Assembly: GCF_006345805.1 (NCBI RefSeq)
Contig: NC_043007.1
Span: 65,038,001 to 65,102,000 of the forward strand
Reading direction: 5' to 3'
Length of the DNA stretch: 64,000 nt
From: Octopus sinensis
Taxonomy: Eukaryota
In this document: positions 50,680 through 63,697 of the stretch, in pieces
Numbering within the stretch: position 1 is the stretch's first letter
How the letters are laid out: each line of letters begins with the position of its first letter
Notes under the pieces: model-generated
Databases searched by the model: none
What the model was told of the DNA's origin: nothing
The model's input: only the letters and a program-made list of their open reading frames with translations
Translations under genes and position numbers: made by a program

Positions 50680-52125
50680 AACTTAGATAAACTTAGATAT
50701 GTTTCGACCAAGATTGGTCCAGGCCATGTCTAATTTAATAGCACCACCTGATAGGATTATTCGAATCCTGTTTAAGGCAAGTTTTGTTCAAGTAGTGAGT
50801 TCTTGTTGGGTGAGTTGTATCGAATTATGGGTGGCTTATCTGGTATTCTTTGAGTGAATCTATCCAGACTCCATTTAAAGTTGATGGGATCCTTTTCCTC
50901 TTTGATCTCCTTCGGGACAATGTTAAATAGGGCGGGGCCTGTTGAGGAAAAGAAATTATGTTGCAGTGTACATGTATGTTGTGATCTTGAACTGGGCAGG
51001 GGTCGTATGGCCCGTGGTCCCAGTCTTGGATGAACCTTGAAGCTAATGTTAAGGTCGTTTGGGCAAAGTTGGCGGTATATTCTCCACATCGTACAAATGA
51101 TGTACCGCTCACGGCGATGCTGGAGGGAGTAAAGTTTCAAGGCTTAAGGCGATCCCAATAATCGAGAGCGGCCATGCCTTCAATTCGTTTAGTGAGTGCC
51201 CTCTGGGGAGACTCAATTCTGGAGATGTTTTGTCTTGTATGGGGAGACCACAGTGGGCAGCAGTATTCAAGGTGTGGCCGTACAAGGGAGGAAGAAAGTG
51301 GTATGATGACACCTTGTTCTCTGGACCGGAAAGTTCTTAAGATCCAGGAACTCATCCTACGAGCTATATCGACCTTCTTGTTGATGTGTGCACTCCAACT
51401 GCGATCGTCATCAACAACTACACCCAGGTCTCTGATATTGTTAGAGGCTGTGAGCGGTTCCCCTGAAGGAAGAGAGTATGGTTGTTTTAGTGAGGAATTT
51501 CTTCCAAAATGCATCAGCTTAAATTTTCCCTCATTCAGTTGCATTTTGATTTCTGTCTGCCCATTGACTCACGGCATATAGATCAGACTAGAGTTGAGTT
51601 CGGTCTGCTTCTTCATTGACGATTTGCTGGAGCTTAGTGTCATCAGCAAATATTTTCACTTTGCAGTAATGTACGACACTGGAAAGGTCGTTTATGTAAA
51701 TTATGAAGAGTAGCGGACCCAAAACAGTCCCCTGGGAAACACCGCTGGTGACTTTTGCTGGGCTTGAGTGGACTCCATCAACTACAACATGTTGTGTTCT
51801 ATTCGCCAGGAAATACTTAAACCAGTGTAGAACTTTTCCCCGGATTCCAACATTTGCCAATTTTGAGAGTAGGATATTATGGTCTACCCTGTCGAACACT
51901 TTACTGAAGTCAAGATATATGACGTCAGAGATCGAAGCTGTTCCCAAGGCTTTGAGTACATCTTCAATGTGGTGTAAGAGCTGTGTTAGACAGTCCCTGC
52001 CACAGCGAAAGCCATGCTGATTTGCATTTAGGAGTTTGTGGGTCTCCAGGAAGTCAGCTATCCTTGATCTTAACACTCTTTCAAACACTTTAATGATGTG
52101 GGAGGTGAGTGAGATTGGGCGATAT
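50680..52125 (-). mobile_element. 5'-truncated CR1-clade LINE
   Basis: YRPISLTSHIIKVFERV...QHGFR.GRDCLTQL...YLDFSK.FDRVDH...SGV.QGTVLGPLLFIIYINDL...FADDTKL...RDLGV...LVRPHLEYCCPLWSP...YSLQ.RRER; 3' tail (ATCTAAGTTT)2. One of the least decayed elements in the window. Confidence 0.95.
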
Positions 52126-52203
<78 letters not shown>

Positions 52204-52330
52204 ATATATATATATACGACGTGCTTCTTTCAGTTTCCGTCAACCAAATCCACTACATTACACATACATATATATATATAGATATATATATGTATATATT
52301 GCATATATATATATATATCTGTATGTAGTA

Positions 52331-52425
<95 letters not shown>

Positions 52426-53475
52426 ATGTATGTAGGCATGTATGTATACGTTTATGTGTGAGGCAGTGAAAGAGGGAAATATTTAAATTCCACGGCGTAC
52501 GAATTTACGGAGAAAAATGCTTTATAAATATGTATGGCTATTGCCACTAGTCTTAATTGGAGTGACGAAAAAAGAATTTAGCAGAAACAATGAATCTTCA
52601 AAACTCAGTGTAATTTACGATATTCAAGTTCATCCACTTCCACTGTCTGACTTCATATAACAACGATGTTCGACTAGTTCATCTTTGCCTGTTCGATAGC
52701 ATAAATAATATGTATTATACTGGGGTCATTCCATTTATAGAGTACAGCGCATTCCTACAAAAGTTGGCCTTGTGCCTTGTCAAACCAAATCAATATTGAT
52801 CATCATTAAACATTAATGATATGGCAAATATAAAAAACACAAAGAAGCAGACAATCAACGAAACAAGTGAAAAAATTCCAAACAAATTTAATAAAATGGA
52901 TGAAAAAGGCTAGCCAGTTATTGGGAATGGTAATAGTGTGAAGAATGAAGGATCTCGCACCCCATTTCTCACTATTTTGATCTATATGTCCTGAAAATAA
53001 AATTTGCTAGACATTGTTGTGTTCTAAACGAGTTTTTACTAACGTCGTTTGCGTATGTATGTGTTATGATTACTTCGGTTTCTAATTAGGTTGTTTTCGT
53101 GATTATATCTGTTATCTGCGCTCTACTTCACACCTAAAATCATATAAATATGCAAATTATAATGATATATGTAATGCCTATAAGAGGCGATAATCAAGCA
53201 GTCCATTTGCTGTGAATATATAAAATATTCAAATTTATATTTGGACGCGTGTTCCCCCCACTCATCTCTCACACACACACACACATACATACATTATATA
53301 TATATATATATATAATATAGGTGTGTGTGTGTGTGGTGGTGTGTGTGTATATATTAATATGCGTGTATAGGTCTGTGTGTGTATGTATACTATGTGTGTA
53401 TGTTAAGTATATGTATATATATATTATATGGGGGGGTATGTATACGTGTATGCGTATGATGTATACATACATTTG

Positions 53476-53540
<65 letters not shown>

Positions 53541-54049
53541 ATGTGTGTGTGTGTGTGTGCGTGCGTGTGTGTGCGTATAATGCTATGCTAAATTGAAGAA
53601 ACGCTTGAAAATAATCTATTTGCATGTTAAATTTATAACATTGTTATTATCTTTCCCGGTATAAACGTTGTTTTTCTAGTTAGACGTTCAAAAAATCTAT
53701 TGTCATGAAATGCCTTCATCAGCTGGATTGCAAATAGAGTAATATGAAGAATGTTACTCTTTTTCGGACGTATATGGTCCCTGTTAGTGTACGTATTTTC
53801 ATTCATGTGCGTTAACTACAGCATTAGAGTGGATTAGCTCTTCACAGTTGCATAAAGAAAATTTCTTTTTGTACAAATTGTTTAAGAACAAATCAGATTT
53901 ATTATGAGACACTTAACTGTGAAACCAATTTACATATTGGCATTTATACATACTATATTTTATATCTTGCCGGATATGATCCTGTTTCTAGTTGTTAGAT
54001 TATTATAGAAATGTATGAGAAAGTTGTGCTTTCATTAGCAGAATGGACA

Positions 54050-55080
54050 AAAAGGGAGGTACAATGTGCAGCCTAGAAGTTTTAAGACTTTTTTCAGGAG
54101 AGACGTATATTAATTTCAAAAAAGTACAAAACTCTTTTCTCCTTCAACGTAAGATCTTCTAATTTCAATGCACTGGTAGCGCTCCAGCCACTTCGAGAAG
54201 ACTTCATGGGAGTCCTCCAAAATGAAAGTGTCCAGGAACATTGTCACATCTTCTCCATGTCTTTAAGACGACTTACCTTCAGGCTACTCCTTTAGCTTGG
54301 GGAACAAACTCACAAAAATCGAGGTCTAGGTTGCAAAGGTAGTTGGAGGTGGGGACAGTTTTGCTGCCCAACACTGTCAAACAGTTTGTTACAAGGATGG
54401 AATTGTAGGTTGGTGCATTGTCCTGATGCAGGTATCACCGACCCGAATAGAAGAGCCCTGGCCTTTTGCGGCGAAGTCTCTTCCTGAACTCCCATAAAAT
54501 CTCTACACGTACTCCGTTTGACCGTCTGGTCTGAGGGAACCCACTGGATGTGCATGATGCTCTTGCTGTCCTTGATGTCGAAAAAGGGGATCATCATGAG
54601 TGGACTTGCTTTTGCCTTGTCTGCTTGGGTCTGGATGAACCAGGATGCTTCTATTGGGCAATCTGTCTCTCATAACAGTTGATCCAGCTTTCGTCACAGA
54701 TCAACCGAGACTCAAGTACTCTTGGACTGGAAGCAGTGAGCTCATGTACCACCCTACTGCCACCAACAAAGTTTGCGCATGTCCACATCTTCATGAATTC
54801 TTCTATGAACATTCCAAACTGTATGCTTATTGTGTTTACAAACACACAACAGTCTTTATCCATGGAATTACGAATTTTCTCAACCAGCTCTGATATGATG
54901 ACCACCGTCTCCCCCCCCTCTCACACCTCTCTCCCTCTCACACCTCTCTCCCTCTCTCCCTCTCACACCTCTCATCATCTCTCATCTTCACTCTACTGTT
55001 CTCGAAACACTTGTGCCATCGAAAAACATGCTCCGCTCATATAAGTCAGTCGAGTTGTAGTCTGGATCATTTCATAAGAA
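54050..55080 (-). mobile_element. Decayed mariner (DD34D) transposon
   Basis: LICDESWI.CY, MMIPFFD, QWVP..QTV, HQDNAPTYNS, VP.....P.DL.PRFL. Confidence 0.85.
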
Positions 55081-55789
55081 GAGAGATGCTGGCTAAATGA
55101 AAGAATCTTTAGAATGGTGATTAGAATGCTTTCTTTTATTTGATCCAGTTCTCAGAGCTCAGATTTAAAATCCCACGGAGGTCGGTTTTCCCTTTTCATC
55201 GTTTTAGCGTCGCTACACAAGTACTATTTAAGGTCTAGTATCGATTCTTCACTCACAGTTATTTGTAAATACGAAGATACAACCATCAACACACACATGT
55301 CCAGATATAAACAAATATATCCACTCACACATACATACACAAATGTACGCACACTCACACCACTCACATGCACACAAACACCCAGACGTGCATATAAGCC
55401 CTCATAAAATATAAGTTTTAAAAATTAACGATGGTAATTAAGAAAAAGTAATTTCGTAGATGATTCAAGAAGAATGTATGTGTCTGGAATAGAAATAGTG
55501 GTTATTATCTGGAGTTGCAAATGATAAATGAATTAGAAACATCAATGTCCTTGGGGAGCAGGAGATAATGTACTGGCTAAGGACCAACATTTGAAACATA
55601 CACCTCTGCACCTTTCGCGCCCTCTATATTTTTATAATTTTTGATGAACAAAATAAAGTTCAAATAAAATGAAATCAAACAAGAAATAAACTCTGTGTGT
55701 GTTTGCGTGTCTGTGCGTGAGTGTGTGTGTGTACGTGTGTATGTGTGTGAGAGAGAGATAGAGAGAGAAAGAAGAAGAGAGAGGGGTAG

Positions 55790-55807
55790 ATTGATAGATA
55801 GATAAAC

Positions 55808-55890
<83 letters not shown>
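55790..55890. repeat. (GATA)n microsatellite
   Basis: Direct reading. Confidence 0.95.
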
Positions 55891-56190
55891 GTGAGCAGAA
55901 AAGAAGTGTGTGTGAAAAAATATTCTATTGCAAACTAGAAATATTATGATCATATCACAGTGAATAAAATCTATTATAAGACAAGTTTCGAAATAATTTA
56001 TCAAAGAAATGAAAAAAGACGGCAGGTAAAAGCAAATTGAAAGCAACAAAAGAATAGACGTAACATGCTCTTGACTGATTTTAATAAATTGTCAGGAATG
56101 ATGTCGATGCACATAATAACCCTCAAATGCATGGTCGCACGCATACACATGCGCGTGCAGACACTTGCACACATACAATTACTTTCAAAC

Positions 56191-56231
<41 letters not shown>

Positions 56232-56539
56232 CTCTCTCTCTCTCCCTGTACAATTTCTTCCATACTCGAACACATATACACATTATTAAATCAATAATGA
56301 AATAAATAAATACATGATATTAAAAATACGATTATAGTTAGCAGTTTCCTATCAAGGTTTTTCAAATTTATTGATTTTACTGTTTATTATAAGATTAATG
56401 TGAATGAAAAACCTGGAATATTCTGTTTGATTTGACGTTCTGTTTGATTTGACGTATTGGGGTCGATGTGTCCACTAATCGGCTAATTACCTTTCCCGAA
56501 ATTTACTGGCCTCGAGCCAAAACCTGTAAAAACTTATTA

Positions 56540-56608
<69 letters not shown>

Positions 56609-56654
56609 GTATTAATATTATTATTATCATCATCATCATTATTATTATTATACT

Positions 56655-56874
56655 GAAGGCGACGAGCTGGCAGAATGGTTAGCACGCCGGGTGAAATACT
56701 TAGCGGTATTTCGTCTGTTACCACGTTCCGAATTCAAATTCTGCCGAGGAGGACTTTGCCCTTCATCCGTTCGGAGTCGATAAACTAAGTACCAGTGAAA
56801 CATTGGGGTCGATGTAATCAACTACACCCTTCCCACCAAATTTCAGCCCCTGTGCCTTTAGTGTAAAGGATCAC

Positions 56875-56875
<1 letters not shown>
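56655..56875 (+). mobile_element. SINE family A between (ATT)n tracts; a partial copy lies at 56410-56530
   Basis: GGCGACGAGCTGGCAGAATGGTTAGCACGCCGGG...CTTTGCCCTTCATCCGTTCGGAGTCGATAAACTAAGTACCAG. Confidence 0.9.
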
Positions 56876-56927
<52 letters not shown>

Positions 56928-57509
56928 GCATCTTCTTTCAATTCTGCTTCCACTTCTTACCGAGTGTCCTCCTGACACCTAGGTCAGAGAAACGCACTGT
57001 ATAAATTGGTAGGCCATTAAAATAAACACACTGGAATGTTCATTTACAAAGTCAAGTGGTAGAGAAAAAGCGGAAGACAGAAAGATAAATAAAAAATAAA
57101 AATTAAAAAGTAAACAAAGAAAATAAAGGGGGAAAAGAGGAAAGAAAATTCACAGCGACAATGCTCTTCTCATTACCTGTGACGGACCAGTTAAGACAAT
57201 CTTTTGCACTTCCTGCATGGGTGGTAAGCCAGGGATCATTCTTAGCCACTACATTCATCCATGATCAATTGCTGTTCCAGTTTTAGTTTGGATTTGGGTT
57301 GTTTTACAGCTTTCGTTGTTTCTTCTGTTTCTTCATAGTTGTTGATTACTGTGACTTCTTTTTTGCATTTGTCAGCTTCCTTAAAAACTTAAAGCAGTTT
57401 TTTGTTTTGTTTTTGTATTGTTACTATTTGTATTAGTTTTCCTTGCTTCTGAAGTAGGTTACTATCATCATCATCATCATCATCATCATCATTATTATTA
57501 TTATTATTA

Positions 57510-57700
57510 TCATTAGATCGGTAGCCACTACACATATTTTTTTCTCTCCTTGTTTCTTTCTGTGTTCCTTTCTGTGGAAGAGCGTAGGCTCGAAACGTTA
57601 AAGATTTTTTCAATTCCCTAGCGTTATACTAATACATCTGTTTGTTTTCTACACCACCTGTCTTCGTCTTTTGTTTTTTCGTGAATTCTCCCCATATATC
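57510..57700 (+). mobile_element. Family H element with minimal hammerhead
   Basis: CTTT-CTGTGGA-A-GAGC(gtag)GCTC-GAAA-CG-TT-AAAG at 57568-57603, with the same tail as the 38.7-kb copy. Confidence 0.7.
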
Positions 57701-57853
57701 ACACGCTCAAGTGGTCGCACCAGTTGATCCTGTCTCCTCTCATCACACACGAACTTCTCCACTAGACTTTCTACCCTTTACGGATTCTCTTTTGGACTTC
57801 CTACACTCCGGCTGCACCGCTCCTGCTTATGCATTACTCTGGACTCTACTGTT

Positions 57854-57904
<51 letters not shown>

Positions 57905-57906
<2 letters not shown>

Positions 57907-58316
57907 GCAGGAGTGGATGTGCAGTAAGTAGCTTGCTTCCCAACTACATGGTTCAGTCCCTCTGTGTAGAACCTTGGGCAAGTATCTTCTACTATAGCAT
58001 CGGGACGACCAAAGCCTTGTCAGTTGATTTGGTAGACGGAATATGAAAGAAGACTGTCGTAATATATATATATGTGTGTGTGTGTGTGTTTCTGTGTGTC
58101 TGTGTGTGTGTGTGTGTATACGTTTGTGCGTGTGTAATTGTCCCCCCAGCATCGCTTGACAACTGATGCTGGTGTGTTTACGTCCCTGTAACTTATCGGT
58201 TTGGCAAAAGAGACCGATTGAATAAGTACTAGGCTTACACAGAATAAGTCCTGGTGTCGACTAAAAGTGGTGTTTCAGCGTGGCCGCAGTCAAATGAGTG
58301 AAACAAGTAAAAGAAT
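57905..58316 (+). mobile_element. Full-length SINE family B
   Basis: Head, CCTTGGGCAAGTATCTTCTACTATAGC core, (TG)n spacer, and tail GAAACAAGTAAAAGA. Confidence 0.9.
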
Positions 58317-58321
58317 ATATA

Positions 58322-59537
58322 CAAGGATTGTAAAACTTCAAACAAATTTATTTTAATATGGGATAGGACCGCCTTTGGCAGTAATTATAGCTTGAATTCT
58401 ACGAGATATGGACTTGTACAAAATTTGAATCGTTTCCAAAGGAATTTTTGTCCATCCTTCAGCTAAAACAGTCTCCAGTTCTTTTTGTGGTGATGGTGGA
58501 GGATATCGACTCCTTATTTGTTTTTTTAAAAGGCACCATAAATGTTCAATAATATTGAGGTCTGTGGACTGTGGTGGTCAGATAAAATGTTTAACTTTAC
58601 TAGAATGTTCCTCATGTCATCTAGTAACAACTTTGGCTGTGTGAATTGGTGCATTAGCATCCTGAAAGATTGCGTTTCCTTCCGGAAACAGTTCCGCAAT
58701 CATAGGATGAATTTCATCAGATAAAATGCGTAAATAGTCTTGACTATTTATTCTGCCATGAATGGAAACCATTGGGCCGGTGAATTTCCAAGATATAGAG
58801 CCCCAGATCAACACAGGTCATCTCCCATGTTTTTTAACAGTTGGTAGAAGGCAGTCTAGGTCAAATGCTTCTTTTGGCTGTCTCCACATGTATACTCGAA
58901 CAGTGGTCGGAAATAAGGTAATGGATGACTCGTCCGAGAAAATTACATTCTTCCACTGCGCTAGGGACCAATTTTGTAGGTTTTTATTCCACTCTAAAAG
59001 CTTTGCAACGTTTGTTTTTGAAAGTAGTGGTTTTCTGATTGCAGCCCTCCCGTGAAATCCGGCTTTGTGCAGCTCCCGGCGAACAGTTTTTGTGGAAACT
59101 GGGTTCTCGAGGTGGTCATTAAGCTCTACACTAATTTTGGGAGGTGTGCTTTTGTGATCCTTTCTAATAATTCGCGTAAGAATCCGATGGTCCCTATCTA
59201 AAAGTTTTGGTTTTCCTCCGGAGTTTTGTTTCGACGAGGAGGTTTTTCCCTCTTTCTCAAAGGCTGTTATTACTTTCGAGACAGTACTTCTTCATACACC
59301 AAAGATTTCGGCTATTTTTGTTACGCTAGCGCCTGCCATACGAGCACCAACAATTTGTCTTCTTTGAAAGTCCGATAGATCCGTCATTTTAATGAATTTT
59401 AATTACCTTTTTCTGATGATATCTGATAAGAAACAACAATTTTAGTAAAACATGTTAATCAAAAAACATAAAAATAAACAAGCTTTTGACGATTTTATAG
59501 ATATTTCAAAATTATGATGCTATGATGCTAGTCCCTG
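58322..59537 (-). mobile_element. Full-length Tc1 (DD34E) transposon; transposase 58353-59387 with in-frame stops
   Basis: MTDLSDFQRRQIVGARMAGASVTKIAE...VIFSDES...LIWGSISW...IFQDANAPIHTAK...PPQS.DLNIIEHLW...AKGGPIPY*. The 345-codon span stays in frame with about 4 stops; TA-flanked CA(A/G)GGA ends. Confidence 0.95.
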
Positions 59538-59545
59538 TATATATA

Positions 59546-60748
59546 TAAGGTTGTTTCACATGAAATGTCATATTTGAAAGGTAACAATAAAATGTTTCAG
59601 AAGTGTTAGAGAACTGATTTATTTAATCAAAGTATGCGCCATGTTCATTTCTGACGTTTACCCAACGTTTCTCTGTCATATAATTCATCTTTTAAAAACA
59701 TTCATCTTCTGCTATGATAAACTGTCCGAGTGCTTCAATTACCCCTTCTCTATTTAAGAATGTTTTAAGTGATGATCAATAGGAGAGATATCAGGGGAAT
59801 AGGGAGGATGTTGCAAAATCTCAAAATTCAGGCTTTGCAACTTTTGAACAGGAGCTTGTGGAGTGTGAGGACGTGCATTGTTGTGGAACAAAATTGGGCC
59901 ATCTCTGTTCAGTAGTCTGGGTTGCTTATTTTTCAAAATCACATGCATGCAATCAATACGATGTTGCCGTTACCGTTTTTCCATGATGCAAAAATGAATA
60001 GTGAATAACTTCTTTCGCAGACCATCATACAGTGACCACTAACTTTGTAGGATGTAATGGTGGGTTTGGGTAGTGTTTAGATGACTCTCCTGCATCTAAT
60101 CACTGTCCTGTTCTGCTGCTGTTGTAAAAGAGTATCCATTTCTCATTACAAGTAATGATTTGATGCAGAAATGGTCTTTTTACAGTTGAGAAAGCAATAA
60201 GGAGTACACTTCGAGGCATTTTTTTTTAAATCTCGTTCAGTTGATGTTGAACAAACCCATCTGTTTTCATGACTTTTCCAATTTTTTACAGGTGTCCAAA
60301 AACAGTTGTGCGAGATGTTTGGAGTTCTGATGTAAATTTTCGGACCTTTGTTCTCGGATTTCGTTCAACCAAAGCATTTAATCCATCATGCCGAATAACT
60401 GATTTTGGCCTGCCCCTTGGTTTATTTTCAAGGCTATCATCTTATGAAAGAGAGCTTTGGAATCAACTCTGAACAGTTCTGATGTAAAATAAAAAAACAT
60501 TACCAAAGGCTCACTTGATATTCCGTAGAGCTTCTGCGGTAGAGTGACGCAGTTTGTACTTATACGAGAAAATCACTCAACAAAGTTTGGCTGTTATCAT
60601 TGTCATAATGTTTGTGGGTACGAATTTTCACTACTAATATTGTTGAGAAGGAAAAAGAGTCAAAATTAAATGCAAGGTATACATAATTGAGTATTTAAAT
60701 GACTGAAACAACAAGTAATTAAAAATACGACATTTCATGTGAAACAAC

Positions 60749-60752
<4 letters not shown>
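59546..60752 (-). mobile_element. Full-length mariner (DD34D, Hsmar1/cecropia-like) transposon, decayed
   Basis: About 30-bp TIRs T(T/A)AGGTTGTTTCACATGAAATGTC.TATTT at both ends with TA flanks; LLNRDGPILFHNNARPH...EILQHPPYSPDISP.DHH. Confidence 0.92.
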
Positions 60753-60811
<59 letters not shown>

Positions 60812-60912
60812 TTAAATAATGAGGGGGATAAATTGAATATTAATTTTAATTTAATTAAAATCAATTTAAAACCTAGCATAGAGAAAAATCTGAAAATTCA
60901 GAAAAATTGTAA

Positions 60913-61138
60913 TACATGCGTATAATAGGGATGACCATTAAGTGGACATCTAATATGCTAGAAGAAGTTCACCTACGATCTATCTACAAAGAAATGAATG
61001 TTCTCTAGAGAAATTCCGCAAACACCAGATGTTTGCTGAATTTCTCTAGAGAACATTCTTTTCTTTGTAGATAAATCGTAGGTGATCTTCTAGTATATTG
61101 GATGTCCACTTTGTGGTCATCCTTAGTATACGCATGTA
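60913..61138. mobile_element. MITE-like hairpin (about 110-bp imperfect arms, 5-nt loop)
   Basis: TACATGCGTATA...GCAAACA ccaga TGTTTGC...TATACGCATGTA, TA-flanked. Confidence 0.75.
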
Positions 61139-61159
61139 TATATATATTCTTTAATACCT

Positions 61160-61560
61160 ACCTGGCGACCGGCGGGGTTTGGGGTCTGTCGTCTCAACTG
61201 CCTCAATTTGTTTGATTAAGTACTTCAGGTTGTCCTCTCACTGCTGTTGGTGCTGCTGGATGACACCCTCTGGTGATGATGTCTTTTCACGCTTTCCGAT
61301 CCATGGTGCTGGCCTTAGCATGTCCAAGGTCGAGGCGCTACGATTTTAGGGCTTTCTTAATTTGATTCGCACATGTCTTTTTTGGTGCGCTGTGCTGGAT
61401 TCACTTGTGCATGGATCGCTGCCGCCACAAAAGTTGATGTAGTGATCTTCCTGTTCTCGTCATGCAAACGTGGCCGCATCACTGTAGTCTGTGATGCCGG
61501 ACTTGGTCTTCAACGATCGGCTACTTTTTTCTTCAAGCACTGCCTGTGCATGATGATTTT
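61160..61560 (-). mobile_element. RTE-like LINE 3' fragment
   Basis: APKKTCANQIKKALK...MDRKA*KDII, matching the RGRPKKTW.D.IK..L...DR..W C-terminus. Confidence 0.55.
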
Positions 61561-61989
61561 TTAGAGTGGGGAAAGGATTTGCACAAATCCAATCCCACTC
61601 ACTGAACAAGGACAACATAAACTCAAAAAGAAGAACTAGTCTACATCATTGAATATTGTCAGTGTCGCAGGTTTTCTCTCAGAGTTTCCCTCTCCTAGGG
61701 ACATGTTGTGACAATAACAGCGAGCTTCCCACTTCCAGTGGGACAACCGCGCGCCTGGACAACATCCCGGGCATTTCCACGTCCTCGCGCATACATACGT
61801 GCATACATAGACATGTACACATATAGTTGGAATGCCGTTGACTGCTCATGAGCTCTTCCGCCCTTTGACAGGTCTTATTTTCCTTCTTGCAGGGTGTCTA
61901 ACAATCGCCCTCCTCACCAAGCAAGCTTGATGGGGTTGCCAGTTTAGTTGCCAAGTTACATGTTACCAGTAGCGTCTAAGAGTGGCCTG

Positions 61990-62035
<46 letters not shown>

Positions 62036-62637
62036 TACATACAAACACATACAACACACACACACATACATACACACACACATATATATATGCATGAGTA
62101 TCTGTGCATGTTGAATCTATTGCATCATCTGAAACACATCGTGATGTTTTTTTATAATCTGATAGGCACATTTTTCAATTACAGCACACTACTACCTAAC
62201 ACAAATGTCTATACCATAACCGAAATCAGAAAATACATATCTTCACATTTAATAAATGATTAATTATTTTTTTGTCCGTATTATCAAAAATGGTCATACC
62301 TCAAGCTCTTCTGTCAGCAAGGGACTGGACCCATATTTTACAGGACGATATGGACACGGCAAAGCAATCTAATGACAAGCGATCGTTAATTATTCAGTGC
62401 TCCGGCAAATTGCAGTGGTACATATTTGCAGCTAGATTGATTGAGCCAGTAGGAGTTAAGTATCTTCACCATGATCGCAATGCGTCATCTGTGTCACTAT
62501 GTTGAACATAATCAATACTTCACCTGATTGCCTGATGTCAATAGGACATCAGGCAATTTCTCTCTCTCTCTCTTTCGCTCCCATATTATTAGACAATATA
62601 AAAGCTGGTGCTTGCGTTGCTGCTACTGCTGCTGCTG

Positions 62638-62712
<75 letters not shown>

Positions 62713-62790
62713 AATAATCATAATCATCACATTGGAATAAATGATTGCTGACAAAAATGAATATGTATCTTTATGTTTGTGTGTGCATGC

Positions 62791-62853
<63 letters not shown>

Positions 62854-62984
62854 GTGTATATATATATATGTGTGTGTGTGTGTGTGCACGCGCGCGTGTA
62901 TGTGTGTGTGTATATATGAGGATGTGTGTCTACACGTACACATGCATTTATATAAATATATGCATGTCCGTGATTTGTGTGTGC

Positions 62985-63080
62985 GTGCATAGCCGAGTGG
63001 TTAATGTGGTACTTTTGCAGGCATAAGATCTCGGGTTCGATCCCATTCCATGACACATTTGGCAAGCGTTTCATGTCATA
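62985..63080 (+). mobile_element. CORE-type SINE head
   Basis: TAGCCGAGTGGTTAA A-box, GGGTTCGATCCC B-box, TTTGGCAAG core. Confidence 0.65.
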
Positions 63081-63407
63081 GACCCAACCCAAATTAACAT
63101 TGTTTGAAACCTTGTCACGCACTATATTACTCTGATTATCTCTGAAAATTACAAGTGACTGGGAAATACTCGTCCTCATATGCTATAATTCTTTGAGTCA
63201 GTTAAAGTTCATCGGTTTGCTAGAATACTTCATTGCTGAAATCAACCGATAAAGAGCCATTTTCCGCTAAATTCCGTATATGAATACGCATGTATGTATG
63301 TATGTATGTATGTATGTATGTATGTATGTATGTATGTATGTATGTATGTATGTATGTATGTATGTATGTATGTATGTATGTATGTATGTGTGTATGTGTG
63401 TGTGTGT

Positions 63408-63658
63408 GGGGCGCGCAATGGCGCGTTGTGAGTGTTTATTGAGCGAAAACACCTAAAGCTCCACGAGGCTCCGGCAGGGGGTGTTGGTGGCGATCCCTGC
63501 TGTATTCTTTTGCCGCAACTTTCTCTCACTCTTTCTTCTGTTGGCCTGCTCGCTTAGCCAGCGGGGTGGCGTCATTTGAAGGCTAAAACAATGCGAAGCG
63601 CATTGTGACCAGCGATGTGTAGCAACATCTGATAGCCTGGTCGGTCACGGTGATCACG

Positions 63659-63662
<4 letters not shown>
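63408..63662 (+). mobile_element. GC-rich SINE (family C) with an RTE-like 3' tail
   Basis: Ends TTGTGACCAGCGATGTGTAGCAACATCTGATAGCCTGGTCGG(TCACGGTGA)2 before (TA)n. Confidence 0.55.

Positions 63663-63697
<35 letters not shown>

Noticed and set aside
50701-50725. GACCA/TGGTC hairpin followed by GAAAC at the CR1 3' end (minus strand)
   Set aside because: There is no CUGANGA upstream; it is better explained as the usual LINE 3' stem-loop.
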